A stretch of DNA of 58,745 nt, counting the filler, from Dimargaris cristalligena (lineage: Eukaryota): the NCBI GenBank assembly GCA_003614675.1. It is 7 parts of 7 records of this genome, joined end to end, with 100 filler letters (N's around TTAATTAATTAA, not from the genome) between each part and the next. Parts side by side here need not be neighbours in the genome. Positions count along the whole stretch, not along the records: positions 33,739 to 42,022 come from ML003341.1; positions 42,123 to 50,384 come from ML003342.1; 5 more parts are not named here. One strand, written 5' to 3'. Below, one piece after another: positions 37,304 to 48,790 of this stretch; position 1 is the first letter of the stretch, and each line of letters begins with the position of its first letter. Under the pieces are notes generated by a model. That model was not told the DNA's origin. It ran no database searches and saw only the letters and a list, made by a program, of their open reading frames with translations. The position numbers were made by a program, and so were the translations under genes.

Positions 37304-39172
37304 ATGTTTAGCCCATTGCGACCCACACTCGTCTGCAACCGGCTTCCCCCTTTTCGTCTTTCCCGACCTCTTCTCGTCCATACCCGCTCCTTCTCTTCTT
37401 CCTTCTTATCCGTTAATCTCCGACCTTCGCCACCACCAGTTGTGCCTCTTACCCAGAACTCTATCCACTTTATTTCCTCGATTCACAATCCCCTTCGCCA
37501 AGTATCCACCATGAGCAGCGTCGAATCCCTCAAGGAGCAAATCGCCCAGCTCGGTGATAAGATTCGCCAGCTTAAACTTGAGAAGGCCGACAAGGAAACT
37601 GTCACTCGCGAAGTAGCCGTCCTGACCCAACTCAAGTCCCAGCTGGCCCAACTCACTGGCGAGCCCCTCCCCACCGCTGGCGGCAGTGGCTCCGGCAAAA
37701 AGAGTGGTGGCGGCAAAAAGGCTGCGGCCCAATTTACCCTCAAAACCCCCAAAGGTACCCGTGACTTCAACGATAAGGAAATGGCCGTTCGCGACGAAAT
37801 GTTCGCCACCATCAAGGGGGTCTTCCAGCAACATGGCGGTGTGACCATCGACACCCCCGTCTTTGAACTCAAGGAGATTCTGAGCGGCAAGTACGGCGAA
37901 GACAGCAAACTCATTTACGATTTGGAGGACCAGGGCGGTGAAAAGTGCTCGCTGCGCTACGATTTGACCGTGCCCTTCTCACGCTTTTTGGCCATGAACA
38001 GTAGCCAGTACCCCAATATCAAGCGCTACCACATTGGTAAAGTGTACCGCCGGGACCAGCCCGCTATGACCAAGGGACGGATGCGTGAATTTTTCCAATG
38101 TGATTTCGATATCGCCGGTACCCACGAGCCGATGGTCCCCGACGCCGAGATTGTGCGCATCGCCGTTGACGTATTGACCGCGCTGGATGTCGGTGATTTC
38201 ATGATTAAGATCAATCACCGGCAGGTTCTCGATGGTATGTTCCAGGTCTGCGGAGTGCCTGCGGATAAAATCCGGCCCATCTCGTCCGCAGTGGATAAGA
38301 TGGACAAATCGCCGTGGGAGGAAGTGCGCCGGGAAATGGTCGAGGACAAGGGTCTCGACCCCGCAGTGGCCGACCGTATCGGTACCTACATTTGCCTGAG
38401 TGGTGGCGAAGATCTGCTGGCTAAGCTGCAGCAGGATGCGGATTTGATGGCCAACCCTAGTGCCACCGCCGGTCTCAAAGACATGGCTCTCTTCTTCCGT
38501 TACGCCAAGGTCTTCAAGATGCAGGACAAGGTCCTGTTCGACCTCAGCCTGGCCCGTGGCCTGGACTACTACACCGGGGTCATTTACGAGGCCATCCTGG
38601 TCGATTCCGAAGAGAACCAAAAACTACTGGCCCAGGATATGGCTGGTCAATCCAAGGCCCCGGGCCAGGAAGACGAAAGCCAGGCCCGCCTGGGTTCAAT
38701 TGCCGCCGGGGGTCGCTACGACGAACTGGTGGGGATGTTCGCGGGGACCAGCAAAAAGGGCAAGAGCAACAACATTCCCTGCGTGGGCGTCAGCGTCGGC
38801 GTCGAACGGGTCTTCTCCATTCTGATGCGTAAGCGTAAACTGGAGGAAATTAAGGCGAACCGTACGGAAGTGTACATTATTAGTGTCGGCGATGGACTGC
38901 TCGAAGAACGCATGGCCATCGCAGCGGAGCTGTGGGACCACGGAATTAAGGCCGAGTACATGTTCAAGGCCAAACCCAAGTTGCCAGCCCAGTGGGCGGT
39001 CTGTGACCGTGACTTGATTCCCTTGTCCGTAATTATCGGCCGCGATGAGCTGGAGAAGGGTGTGGTCAAAATCAAAGATATGATCAACAAGACTGACTCC
39101 CAATCCGGGGGTAACGAGGTGCCCTACGTCAACATGGTGGCCGAGATCAAGAAGCGCCTTGGCCAGGCGTAA
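37304..39172 (+). CDS. HTS1: Histidyl-tRNA synthetase with WHEP domain; upstream ATG 37304 (mitochondrial form), ATG 37511 (cytosolic form)
   Basis: LKTPKGTRDF, KYGEDSKLIYDL, SLRYDLTVPF, YRRDQP, REFFQCDFDIAG, LARGLDYYTG, GSIAAGGRYD, GVSVGVER motifs. Confidence 0.98.
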   Translation: MFSPLRPTLVCNRLPPFRLSRPLLVHTRSFSSSFLSVNLRPSPPPVVPLTQNSIHFISSIHNPLRQVSTMSSVESLKEQIAQLGDKIRQLKLEKADKETVTREVAVLTQLKSQLAQLTGEPLPTAGGSGSGKKSGGGKKAAAQFTLKTPKGTRDFNDKEMAVRDEMFATIKGVFQQHGGVTIDTPVFELKEILSGKYGEDSKLIYDLEDQGGEKCSLRYDLTVPFSRFLAMNSSQYPNIKRYHIGKVYRRDQPAMTKGRMREFFQCDFDIAGTHEPMVPDAEIVRIAVDVLTALDVGDFMIKINHRQVLDGMFQVCGVPADKIRPISSAVDKMDKSPWEEVRREMVEDKGLDPAVADRIGTYICLSGGEDLLAKLQQDADLMANPSATAGLKDMALFFRYAKVFKMQDKVLFDLSLARGLDYYTGVIYEAILVDSEENQKLLAQDMAGQSKAPGQEDESQARLGSIAAGGRYDELVGMFAGTSKKGKSNNIPCVGVSVGVERVFSILMRKRKLEEIKANRTEVYIISVGDGLLEERMAIAAELWDHGIKAEYMFKAKPKLPAQWAVCDRDLIPLSVIIGRDELEKGVVKIKDMINKTDSQSGGNEVPYVNMVAEIKKRLGQA

Positions 39173-40608
39173 GGTAGGAGGGAGCCGGCATGTATCCGTG
39201 ATATCCGGTCGCGGGGTTCCTCGATCCCCTACAGCCGTGAAATAGGGACCGTACTTTTGGGCCATGCGCAAAGCATGGTTATCATTTTAGACTAGGCCAC
39301 ATTGTTATATTGGCCTGTTTTGTTTAATCCTTCGCCTGGTCTGGGATTATTATTAGTGATTAATAAAAAACTACTTCATTTATTAATACGCAAGTCTAAA
39401 GGGGTCTTTGCCTTCGGCATCAATTCGATCGATCCCTGGTCTGCCGGTCGTTATCTTCATAGCCGCTGGTTTAATTCTCATGCGATGGGCCTGTTATTCG
39501 GACCGGCCTTTTCATGCACCTACCTTGTTTGTGGTCATGCTCTATTATATTCAGGCGAAATAACCAGCCTATCCTCGGCCAAACCCCCTGCCAATGCCCA
39601 GCCCCGGCTGTTGTATTTCTAGTCTCCCTAGTTTCAATCGAATTACCAGCCCCGCCCATCCCTGGCATTATTCGGGTTAAGTTTATTCGACTGCGGCATC
39701 GGCATAGCCCCACCACCCCTTTTACGTTCGAGGTCAGAGGCTAGGAAAACCGCCCAGACGCCCTCGTTGGCACTTCTGGACACTGTCTCTTTAGTAATTT
39801 CGGTTTCGTTTTATATAAATACCTCACTTCTGGCCCTTTCAATGAGCATTATGATATGGCCACTCGCTCCTACTTCTTGCATCGGCCTAACCACCGTGCC
39901 ATGCCCACCCGCCCCCTTCACTTGACTATCTTTATATAGAGTTGTTATCACCCCAGCCCTCCATGCCACGTTCCCACATACTTCATTCTCATTGCCACCA
40001 TACCCTCATGATTCGGAAAACCGTTATCGTATGTCTTTCCTTCTTGATTTTTTTTATACGACGGCACCTACGTGGTCTGCTGCTATACGCATGGTAAATA
40101 TCTCCCACTTACGGACTGGCCTTTATGGTTTGACTATGCCAACCCTTTTTACTAAAATGCGTGACCGTTTACTCTGGTTGGATGGTGCACTTCAAAGGTG
40201 GATTAATTTATACCGGCAGTCTATTTTAGGATCACTACTGGTGCTGGGATATTCAAATTATACATGAAGTAAAAATATAATAACCTATTTTTTTGGTAAT
40301 GTAAAAGAGCGGATCTCGAATTGAATCCAAAGCCATATAGAAACATTTGAGCATATAATATACACATTCGATATAATCTATACAAACATGGTAAATTTAC
40401 ACTGATAATTGCATAGATGGGTGGGCGGGGCATTCCCCACCAGATGAGCAACCTTAAGTCTCGCTACCCGCTGTATTACTGCCTCGATACCGACCTGCAT
40501 AATAGACCCCTGGCCAAGCGGCGGCGGCCAGCTATAGCCCCATTATATTTTACAGCACTCTCGGCTGCGCTCTGAAGGCTTGGCTGGTAAGTGTTTAGCG
40601 GTATGGGC

Positions 40609-41295
40609 CTAAATCGCGTGTATGCATTCGGTTAGCGCCCCCAGCCACTCTTCTACAGGCGCAATGGTCTGGCTCCGGGGATTGACCCACTTCACCCGAC
40701 CAGTCAGCTGGACAGTGGTAGTGGTAGGAGTCAGGACCGGGACCGGGGCCTGGGTGATGGTGGGGATAGGGGTGGAGGTGGAGGTGGAGGCGGAATCCGA
40801 GTTGGTAGCTATGTCGGCGGTTTGCGTCGAAACGGGTCAAATCTCGATGTAGGTTGTAGCGAAGGGGAGAGGAGGTGGAAGTAAGGCCTCAATGTCGATA
40901 CCCTTGCTATCGATCTCCTCGGCCGTCTCTGATGGGACCCAGGTGGTAAAGTCCAACGTCAGATCAGGCGTCGGCACCTGTACGTTGGCAAAATAGTTGT
41001 ATTGGGGGCGACCTATCGGTGAAGCATCACCGGACTTGAAAGATTTGTGTGCGGCCGGCTTTGTAGCTGGTGCTACGTCGACCATGATCCTCGCTGTTGA
41101 CATGGTCATAATAGACTGCGACAAGTCAACGGACTTGTCATTGGAAATTCGGCCGAGTCTAGATCAGTGGAAGTGATCCATACTCAGTTCCGCCTCGGAC
41201 CAAGTCGCCGCTGGGCTCAGCTTACGCCCCAGCTTCACCAGGGTGGGGTGAGGGTTGACACGACGAACTAAAAACGAGAGACAAGGGAATTGCAT
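40609..41295 (-). pseudogene. Probable pseudogene, one frame broken by in-frame stops
   Basis: ATG 41295 frame stays coding-like through TGA 41164-41166 and TGA 40837-40839 to TAG 40609. No recognisable family. Confidence 0.45.
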
Positions 41296-42022
41296 TTTTT
41301 AATATGAGAAGATAATTATCTGAAATCAGGGGAAATGGAGTAAGAAGTCTAGGGGAAGGGAGAGGAGAGGAGAGGAGAGGAAAAATCGAATTATCGAACA
41401 GATTGTAATAAAATGGGTGGTGTATGAATATTTTACTTTTGAGCGGAGCACTCGGTTAATATATATGTGTATTGCTAATGTTAATTTTGATGGCCCCTCC
41501 AGAAGAAATGAAGAGAATACTGGTGTAAAAACCATAACAAACATGAGTACCAGATAAGTTGCATGACTGGTATGGGTCATTATCTACGACTAGGCATCCC
41601 GCTGAGATGTTGAAAGGGGAGACCGTTGAAGGCTAAACTGATCCTCAGCCGCCGTATAGCTCCATCCATGGACCTTGGGGATGCAATAGGTGGTTTCTTC
41701 CATGTCTCAGAGGGTTTAACCACTGAACAGCAAATGTGACCTAGGTATAGTGTGCTAGTGGCTGGAACGACCAAGTTATCAACCCCGGGTTTATACTGAA
41801 AGAACTTGTAATTGCTGGACTCTTTTCAGTTTACTGGGTATTTTGGATATTGGATAAAGCATGGAAGTTTGCCGCATTCGAGCACACCTGTCCCTGCCCG
41901 GTAATATATGGGAGATGTTCATTCAGGCTGTATAATGAAAAATCCATTGGGTGAGGCCAATATTACTGGTTAAAAGCTTTTCTCACATATATTCGCCCGT
42001 GCACGTATTATGTCAAACCTTA

Positions 42023-42122
42023 NNNNNNNNNNNNNNNNNNNNNNNNNNNNNNNNNNNNNNNNNNNNTTAATTAATTAANNNNNNNNNNNNNNNNNNNNNN
42101 NNNNNNNNNNNNNNNNNNNNNN
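42023..42122. other. Artificial contig-joining spacer
   Basis: Same linker. Confidence 0.99.
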
Positions 42123-42124
42123 TT

Positions 42125-42177
42125 TCCCATACACGTATAATGTAAACCCTTATATAGCTGGGCCGAATTTCACCCAT
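42125..42177. repeat. Third copy of the contig-edge repeat terminus
   Basis: Nearly identical to 1-53. Confidence 0.65.
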
Positions 42178-42579
42178 TTGCTACTGAAATAACAAGTGGA
42201 CGGCCACAACATACCATCTATCCCACAATTAGTAATGAAAAACTTCAACCCCATCGAGACGCAGTATCGGATACTAACCATCCTAAATATATAATATACT
42301 TTTTATTCATGTGAAGAATTGGATATCACGCTGACATAAAATCAGAAAACCAGTTTATTAATGAACAAGCCTTACTTGGCTGTTGGAGGGTGGTAAGGTT
42401 AAAATAAGCTAAAACCCCTGGGCTCCATTGAACAAGGGTAGTCGGGATACGGTAAGGACAGCCCCCCACATTGCAGTCGATTGCCGTGGAAAGAAAATGG
42501 GCGGGATAGAAGAGTGTGTGGTGAATAGACTGGAATATTTAATGAACTGGTCGATAGGCAGGTCGCCCAGAGCCCACGA

Positions 42580-42756
42580 TTAGCGACCCTGGGTTCCACC
42601 AGTACCTAAGAAAGTGTGGATTTTGATTTTCGTGTCTTTAATCTTATCGGATATACGGGTCTTTAAGCTAGGTTGGGGCTGAGGCACCGGCGACGCCAAA
42701 GCTAACATTGAACCGGCCAAAGCGACGGCGATGAGGAGTTGGATGAGCTTAACCAT
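42580..42756 (-). CDS. 58-aa secreted peptide precursor
   Basis: CACCACC-ATG-G start. MVKLIQLLIAVALAGSMLALA|SPVPQPQP|SLKTRISDKIKDTKIKIHTFLGTGGTQGR*. TATATA ~180 nt upstream. Paralogous N-terminus with the gene at 43652. Confidence 0.75.
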   Translation of the reverse strand: MVKLIQLLIAVALAGSMLALASPVPQPQPSLKTRISDKIKDTKIKIHTFLGTGGTQGR

Positions 42757-43651
42757 GGTGGTGAGTGCGTAAAGGAGTGTTGGGCGGGAAGAAGTGTAAG
42801 CAAAAATTTAGGACCGAGCAGGAAAGGTCTGTTGAAAATGGGGGGCCGCAAATATACAGGGGTGATATTGATAATGAAATATAGCAGATGCAGTGCGCTG
42901 GTATTGATGATGGAAGAAGGGTCTTGTTGAGACTATATATATATGTATGTGGGTGTTGTTCGGCAGTTAGTTAAGGCAAATGTATTGATTCACCAGTATG
43001 ATTGATTTAGCGAATTTCACTGCCGTTGACCGCCGTCTTCAACCTCAGCCTTTTCTACACCCGGGGGGTAAGTTGGTAGGGTCTAGTGAGCCTCGTATCC
43101 CTACTTTACTTGAACAGCGGAAGAAATAATTAGCTGACCCCTCTCCCTGCCCTATGAGTAGGGAGAAGAAGAGGGGGAGGCGGCAGAAACGATCACCTCT
43201 TCATTGCCTCGATTGTTCTTGGGCTTTAATACCGGACTGATCGATTATTCACGAATCGCGAACCATAGGGCCCTTTTATTCCCGTAGTTAATCAAGATGA
43301 TCTTTACTACTGGTCTTCATTCACATATTTGCACACGGAGCTCTAAACGTAAGTGGCGGAGAGATAGGGCGAATCGGTAGTATGGTCTACCTAATGACCA
43401 TATCCAATAGCCAAACGAGCCCCTTGACTAATAAATAGAAACCCTATCCCTCTCCTCCTGGGGTTACCATTCCATTTTTCACTGACATATTTGCTGTCCT
43501 ACATCCTTCACCACTTCATCTTGCCCCAGTTTCCAATTTTTGTCTAATTGCCCCTATAACAGCCTCTTCTTCCTACTACAGCCTCGGCCATCCTAACTTT
43601 TTTATATTTATTTGCCAAATAGAACTTCACATCCCTACCTCCACAACCACT

Positions 43652-43986
43652 ATGCTTAAACTTATCCGACTCTTCATCCTTTCCGTTGTACTCGGCTCGG
43701 CGCTGACTATGGCCACACCACTGCCCAAACCTGGTCTGGCCCAGGCCGTTAAGGATGCCCGCAATAAAAAGGGTAAGGAGTAACTCAACAGATAGACCAG
43801 GGGGACGCAACCTGTGGCATTTGGCGGATAACGTACAATCGGTAGATGGTAAAAGGGGGGCAAGTACGCTTTGGCTCCTACCTTATTTTGCCATCCTCGC
43901 CATGTTGGTAACGCACTGACATCATCTTCAGCCCCCTAGTGCAGCTTGCCCGGTTTCCGTTCGCAATGGATCCGTCAAAAAGATGA
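43652..43986 (+). CDS. Small secreted peptide precursor (42-55 aa depending on splicing)
   Basis: MLKLIRLFILSVVLGSALTMA|TPLPKP|GLAQAVKDARNKK, then donor GTAAGG at 43773, branch CTGAC 43916, acceptors at 43931 (..AP*) or 43939 (..VQLARFPFAMDPSKR*). Unspliced it ends GKE* at 43783. Confidence 0.7.
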
Positions 43987-45186
43987 ATTTACTGCATACC
44001 TTCCCCGTTTCATACTTCCATTTCGTAGATTGGGCCACACACACACAGTCTCTCCAATCTACTACTATTACTTGGCCTATTTGACGTCACTTGGTGTATA
44101 TCAATAAACAACTTCGTTTATATTCTGGATATTTGCATCACTGGGCTCGACCCGGCCATTCCTATAAGCTGATATAAAATAATGGATAGCCAATACGTGA
44201 ATATGTGAATACTGGTTTCTGTAGTAAAAGAGTTGCGGGGTAGAGCAGGTCCTTGTATATAAAATTGGCGTACTTTCCTAACTTAGAGTGGACTAATTGA
44301 GCAGCAAGAGAGAACATGGCGTATGTGCCTAGTCTATAGCTAGTAAATGCGGCTTGGCTATCGCTCATTTGCGCTACTGGCAGTTAACCTGGATACCCAC
44401 GGTTCTTGTTTTAATCAAGTGATCGCGTGTACTTCGGCTTCACGGCCAATGTGGCCGTTTTAAGTACCAGTCAGTATCTTAACTCATGATTGAAAAGGCC
44501 GATGGTCCAAGGTTGTTATAGCGATATAGCTGAATGGGGCCCACTGGCCCCTTAAAGGGTAGATCCGACTAAAGTGGGTGTGTGATTCGCCGAGTACCTG
44601 TAAAAAAGGGGGCCTGGGATGCGTCGAAATAACAAACCAGGGGACTTGTTTAGTGTAAGGCCGTAGGACCAAATGCCAGCTGTAATACCCCCACCTTGGC
44701 TAAGACCGCCAGTGGATAAGAATACCTATTTTTTTCTGAACTCGCCATACAAGAATTCAGTAGGATTAAAATATCAACAACACATAGTGTCGCAACTGGA
44801 ACAATCGCAACTGGTCATCGGATGCGTGTACAATATAATTGTTTGCATCATTTTTTGTTGAATAAGGAACAACAATCAATGGGATTTTGCCTTGAATACC
44901 CCGCAAATATACAGTGGTTACACTGTATTATTGATATAGATAGTGCTTAACCAAGTGGGGAGGAAAAATTACATGCATGTTCTCATCGTTGGCCATCGGC
45001 AGTGCTGCCGTCAACAAGGTCCGACAGGTCTTGTATGGCCTTGACAATGCTTGGGAAGGAATGGTGCAGCCGTTCGAATACGAGGGTGAAGGACTAGGTA
45101 GTACTGTTGGAGATCCCCCCGAATATGTAATGTCCAAACAAATCTAGTCGCACATTCGTCTTACTTTCCTTCATTAAAAGGATTGC

Positions 45187-45344
45187 CTCTGGAAACTTCC
45201 AGTCACTCGGCGAACCTACCCGATAGGACCGGGTGATTCGTGGAGAGTCCCCCCGGATCTGGATAGGGGGATTGTCCGACTGGGCATCGGCGACCTCCTG
45301 CCTGAAGAAGGCCCGTTAAGTGCCCCAGCCGCGAAGTATAAAAA
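45187..45344 (+). promoter_or_regulatory. Candidate heat-shock element and TATA box upstream of HSP104
   Basis: cTCtgGAAacTTCc (inverted nGAAn units) at 45187-45200 and GTATAAAA at ~45337, upstream of a heat-shock gene. Confidence 0.5.
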
Positions 45345-46031
45345 TGCCAGACTCCCCCAACGACAACGGGCTTGAACTACCCACACCTATTACTATTATA
45401 CATTCACCATCGCAGTCACTTAATAGCCTACCACCACATCTTGTGCTTTTAATTGCAGCAGTCCTCACCCCCCTTGTGCACTTTTATCGGCAATTGCCAC
45501 CTTGGCCCTGCGATCAGTATCGTCTAGCATATTATATTCATAATAGCCTTTCCTTTAACCCATTCCCGCCTGGCTGGCCAACTGGTCTCCGTTTCATCAA
45601 TTCTAGCGCCCTTGACTAGCCCAGTGTTTCACTTCGCCCATCATCCCCCGCCCCCATTGTGTTTTAGCCAACTCCAGCCGCCGCCGCCGCCGTCGCCTCT
45701 TCCACAGTTTAACTAGGATTCTCCTGTCGCACTCCACAGACTACAGCCCTTTGTTCTCAACCTCCCACTGTAGTTCTTCCGTCATCTTCCATACCATCCT
45801 ATTTTCCACGCATTGTTTAGTCAGGCAGTACTTCCCACCGAATCCAAGAGCCAGATAATTTCCGCTCAGCCTTCATCCAACACCACCGATATCACCCTTC
45901 TGTTTCAGGCCTATTTCTACGCCGACCTCCCCCCCTCCATATCCCCCCACCCTTTGCCTTTATACACTGTTCCCTACTGTCTTTTTCTTATCACTGTTCT
46001 CTGACTTGTCTGTATTTTTTTATAACCTAAG

Positions 46032-46034
<3 letters not shown>

Positions 46035-46062
<28 letters not shown>
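46035..46062. repeat. (CA)n microsatellite in the HSP104 5' leader
   Basis: Perfect CA run ~30 nt before the ATG. Confidence 0.9.
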
Positions 46063-46090
46063 GCGCACCCCTATCTAACCAACCGCCACA

Positions 46091-48790
46091 ATGTCTATCG
46101 ACCCGGATAAGTTTACCGATAAGGTCACCCGTCTCTTCCAGGAGTCCATTGACTTGGCCCGGGAATCCAGCAATGCCCTTATGCACCCCCTCCACATTGC
46201 CTCCTGTATACTGGACGACGAGGATGGCTTGTTCAAGTCCATTCTCAACAAAGCCGGCGCCGACCCCGTGGTAGCCGAACGCGAACTGAAGCGTGCCTTA
46301 ATTCGTCTCCCCGCCCAGGACCCGGCCCCGGAGGACGTGGGTCTCCACCCCGCCAGCAAACGCCTGTTCCTCAAGGCCCAGTCCATCATGAACCAGCAAA
46401 AGGACAGCTACGTATCGGTTGACCACCTTATCTTGGCCCTCGCGGATTGCAATGAATTTATGGACGCCATGGCCAAGGCCGGTCTGACCAAGAAGGCCCT
46501 CGAGGAGGCCATCACCCAGGTCCGGGGCAATCGTCGCGTCGACAGCAAACACGGCGACGAAAACTTCGAAGCCCTCAGTAAATACGCCGTGGATTTGATC
46601 GAATTGGCCCAGCAGGGTAAAATAGACCCCGTGATTGGTCGCGATGAGGAAATCCGCCGCGTTATTCGGGTGCTGTCCCGCCGAACCAAGAACAACCCCG
46701 TGCTTATCGGTGAACCAGGCGTGGGTAAAACCGCCGTCGTGGAAGGCCTGGCCATGCGTATCGTGCGTAAGGACGTGCCTGCTAATCTGCAGGCCCGTTT
46801 GTTTTCCTTGGATATGGGCTCCCTAATCGCGGGCACCAAGTACCGGGGTGAATTCGAAGAACGCCTCAAGTCCGTCCTGAAGGAAGTCAAGGAGTCTGAA
46901 GGCGGTATCATCCTGTTCATTGACGAAATTCACCTAGTTTTGGGTGCCGGTAAGGGCGAGGGGGCTATGGACGCCGCCAATCTGCTTAAGCCCATGCTGG
47001 CCCGTGGTGAATTGCGCTGTATCGGCGCAACCACCCTGGACGAATACAAGAAGTACGTGGAGAAGGATGCCGCTTTCGAACGTCGATTCCAGCAGGTGTA
47101 CGTGCCTGAGCCCTCCGTCGAAGACTCCATCTCCATCCTCCGTGGTATTAAGGAACGCTACGAAAACCACCATGGTGTCAAGATTATGGACTCCGCACTG
47201 GTGGCCGCCGCCACTCTGTCCAAACGCTACATCACCAACCGGTACTTACCAGACAAGGCCATTGACCTGATGGACGAGGCCTGCGCGAACACCCGTGTCC
47301 AACTGGACTCCCAGCCCGAGGCGATTGACCAACTGGAACGCCGCCAATTGCAGCTCGAAGTCGAAGCCACCGCCCTGGCCAAGGAAAAGGACTCGGCTAG
47401 TAAAGGTCGCTTGAAGCAGGTCCGCCAGGAGATTGCCCATCTTAAGGAGCAGCTTCGTCCGCTTAAGGCCAAGTACGACAACGAGAAGGGCCGTCTGGAT
47501 GAAGTGCGCTCCCTCAAGCAAAAGCTCGACGAATTGCGCAACAAAGCCTCGGAAGCTGAACGTCGTTACGACCTGGCCCAGGCCGCCGACATTCGCTACT
47601 ACGCTATCCCCGACATTGAGAAGCGCATCACCAAGATCACCGAAGAACGGGAACGCCAGGATGCCGAGCAGATGGCCAAGGCCGGCGGGGACGAGAATGA
47701 GGATAAGCTGCTGACCGAGGTGGTGGGTCCTGATCAGATTATGGAGGTGGTGAGCCGCTGGACCGGTATCCCCGTCACCCGTTTGTCGCAGACCCAAATC
47801 GACCGTTTGTTAGGCCTGGCCCAAAACCTGGAACGTCGGGTGGTGGGTCAGAACGAGGCGGTGGAGGCCATCGCGGACGCCGTTTTGCGTTCCCGCGCGG
47901 GTATGGCCCGGGAAAACCAGCCCATGGGCTCCTTCCTTTTCCTAGGTCCCACGGGTGTGGGTAAAACCGAGCTGGCTAAAGGTTTAGCCGAGCAACTGTT
48001 CGACAACGAAAAGTACATGGTCCGTTTGGACATGAGCGAATACATGGAAAGCCATTCCGTGTCCCGTTTGATTGGTGCTCCCCCCGGTTACGTGGGTTAC
48101 GAAGAAGGAGGGCAACTCACCGAGGCCGTGCGTCGTCGCCCTTACATTGTCGTCCTGTTCGACGAGATTGAAAAGGCTCACCCCAAGGTTCTCAACGTCA
48201 TGTTGGAAGTGCTCGACGACGCCCGTTTGACCGACGGACAAGGTCGGGTGGTGGACTTTAGCAACACCGTCATTATCATGACCTCCAACATTGGCCAGGA
48301 ATATATCCTCAACTACGCCGCAGCCCAGCATGCCAACAACTCGCCCTCGGATAATGACGGCGGTCGTTTGCCCGAATCCGTCCGTAAACAGGTCATGGAT
48401 CAGCTCAAGGCCTCCATGCGCCCCGAACTGTTGAACCGTTTGGATGAAATCATCATCTTCTCTCAGCTGTCCCGGTCTAACCTGGCCAGCATCGTGCAAC
48501 TGCAGGTGAAGAGAATCGGCAAACGACTCGCCGAGCGTGATATCACGCTGTATGCGGATGAAGCCGCCATTGCCTACGTGGTCCGCATGGCCTACGACCC
48601 CCTATACGGCGCCCGCCCGATCCGTCGCTTCCTGGAACGCAAGCTGGTGACGGAACTGAGTCGAATGATCTTGACCAATTCGTTGCCTAACCATACCGCC
48701 GTCATTGTCACGGCCAAGAACGACGATTTTGCGTTCAAATTGCGGGCCCGACCAACGGGCGATGATGGCAATGCTATGCCGGTGGATTGA
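46091..48790 (+). CDS. HSP104: Hsp104/ClpB-family disaggregase (899 aa, intronless)
   Basis: Clp-N domain, Walker A GEPGVGKT and [15 protein letters not shown], middle coiled coil, [20 protein letters not shown]. No mitochondrial presequence. Confidence 0.98.
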   Translation: MSIDPDKFTDKVTRLFQESIDLARESSNALMHPLHIASCILDDEDGLFKSILNKAGADPVVAERELKRALIRLPAQDPAPEDVGLHPASKRLFLKAQSIMNQQKDSYVSVDHLILALADCNEFMDAMAKAGLTKKALEEAITQVRGNRRVDSKHGDENFEALSKYAVDLIELAQQGKIDPVIGRDEEIRRVIRVLSRRTKNNPVLIGEPGVGKTAVVEGLAMRIVRKDVPANLQARLFSLDMGSLIAGTKYRGEFEERLKSVLKEVKESEGGIILFIDEIHLVLGAGKGEGAMDAANLLKPMLARGELRCIGATTLDEYKKYVEKDAAFERRFQQVYVPEPSVEDSISILRGIKERYENHHGVKIMDSALVAAATLSKRYITNRYLPDKAIDLMDEACANTRVQLDSQPEAIDQLERRQLQLEVEATALAKEKDSASKGRLKQVRQEIAHLKEQLRPLKAKYDNEKGRLDEVRSLKQKLDELRNKASEAERRYDLAQAADIRYYAIPDIEKRITKITEERERQDAEQMAKAGGDENEDKLLTEVVGPDQIMEVVSRWTGIPVTRLSQTQIDRLLGLAQNLERRVVGQNEAVEAIADAVLRSRAGMARENQPMGSFLFLGPTGVGKTELAKGLAEQLFDNEKYMVRLDMSEYMESHSVSRLIGAPPGYVGYEEGGQLTEAVRRRPYIVVLFDEIEKAHPKVLNVMLEVLDDARLTDGQGRVVDFSNTVIIMTSNIGQEYILNYAAAQHANNSPSDNDGGRLPESVRKQVMDQLKASMRPELLNRLDEIIIFSQLSRSNLASIVQLQVKRIGKRLAERDITLYADEAAIAYVVRMAYDPLYGARPIRRFLERKLVTELSRMILTNSLPNHTAVIVTAKNDDFAFKLRARPTGDDGNAMPVD

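Noticed and set aside
37406..39271. Long antisense ORFs over HTS1 (and similarly over HSP104, VIP1 and the 4-8 kb ORF)
   Set aside because: Shadow ORFs caused by GC-rich third-position bias of the sense gene.
39170..39293. ~40 open codons after the HTS1 stop
   Set aside because: TAA-G is an efficient stop, and the peptide has no targeting motif.
40837..41166. Selenocysteine interpretation of the in-frame TGAs
   Set aside because: No redox-type motif, no recognisable selenoprotein family and no SECIS identified; CpG decay explains them more simply.
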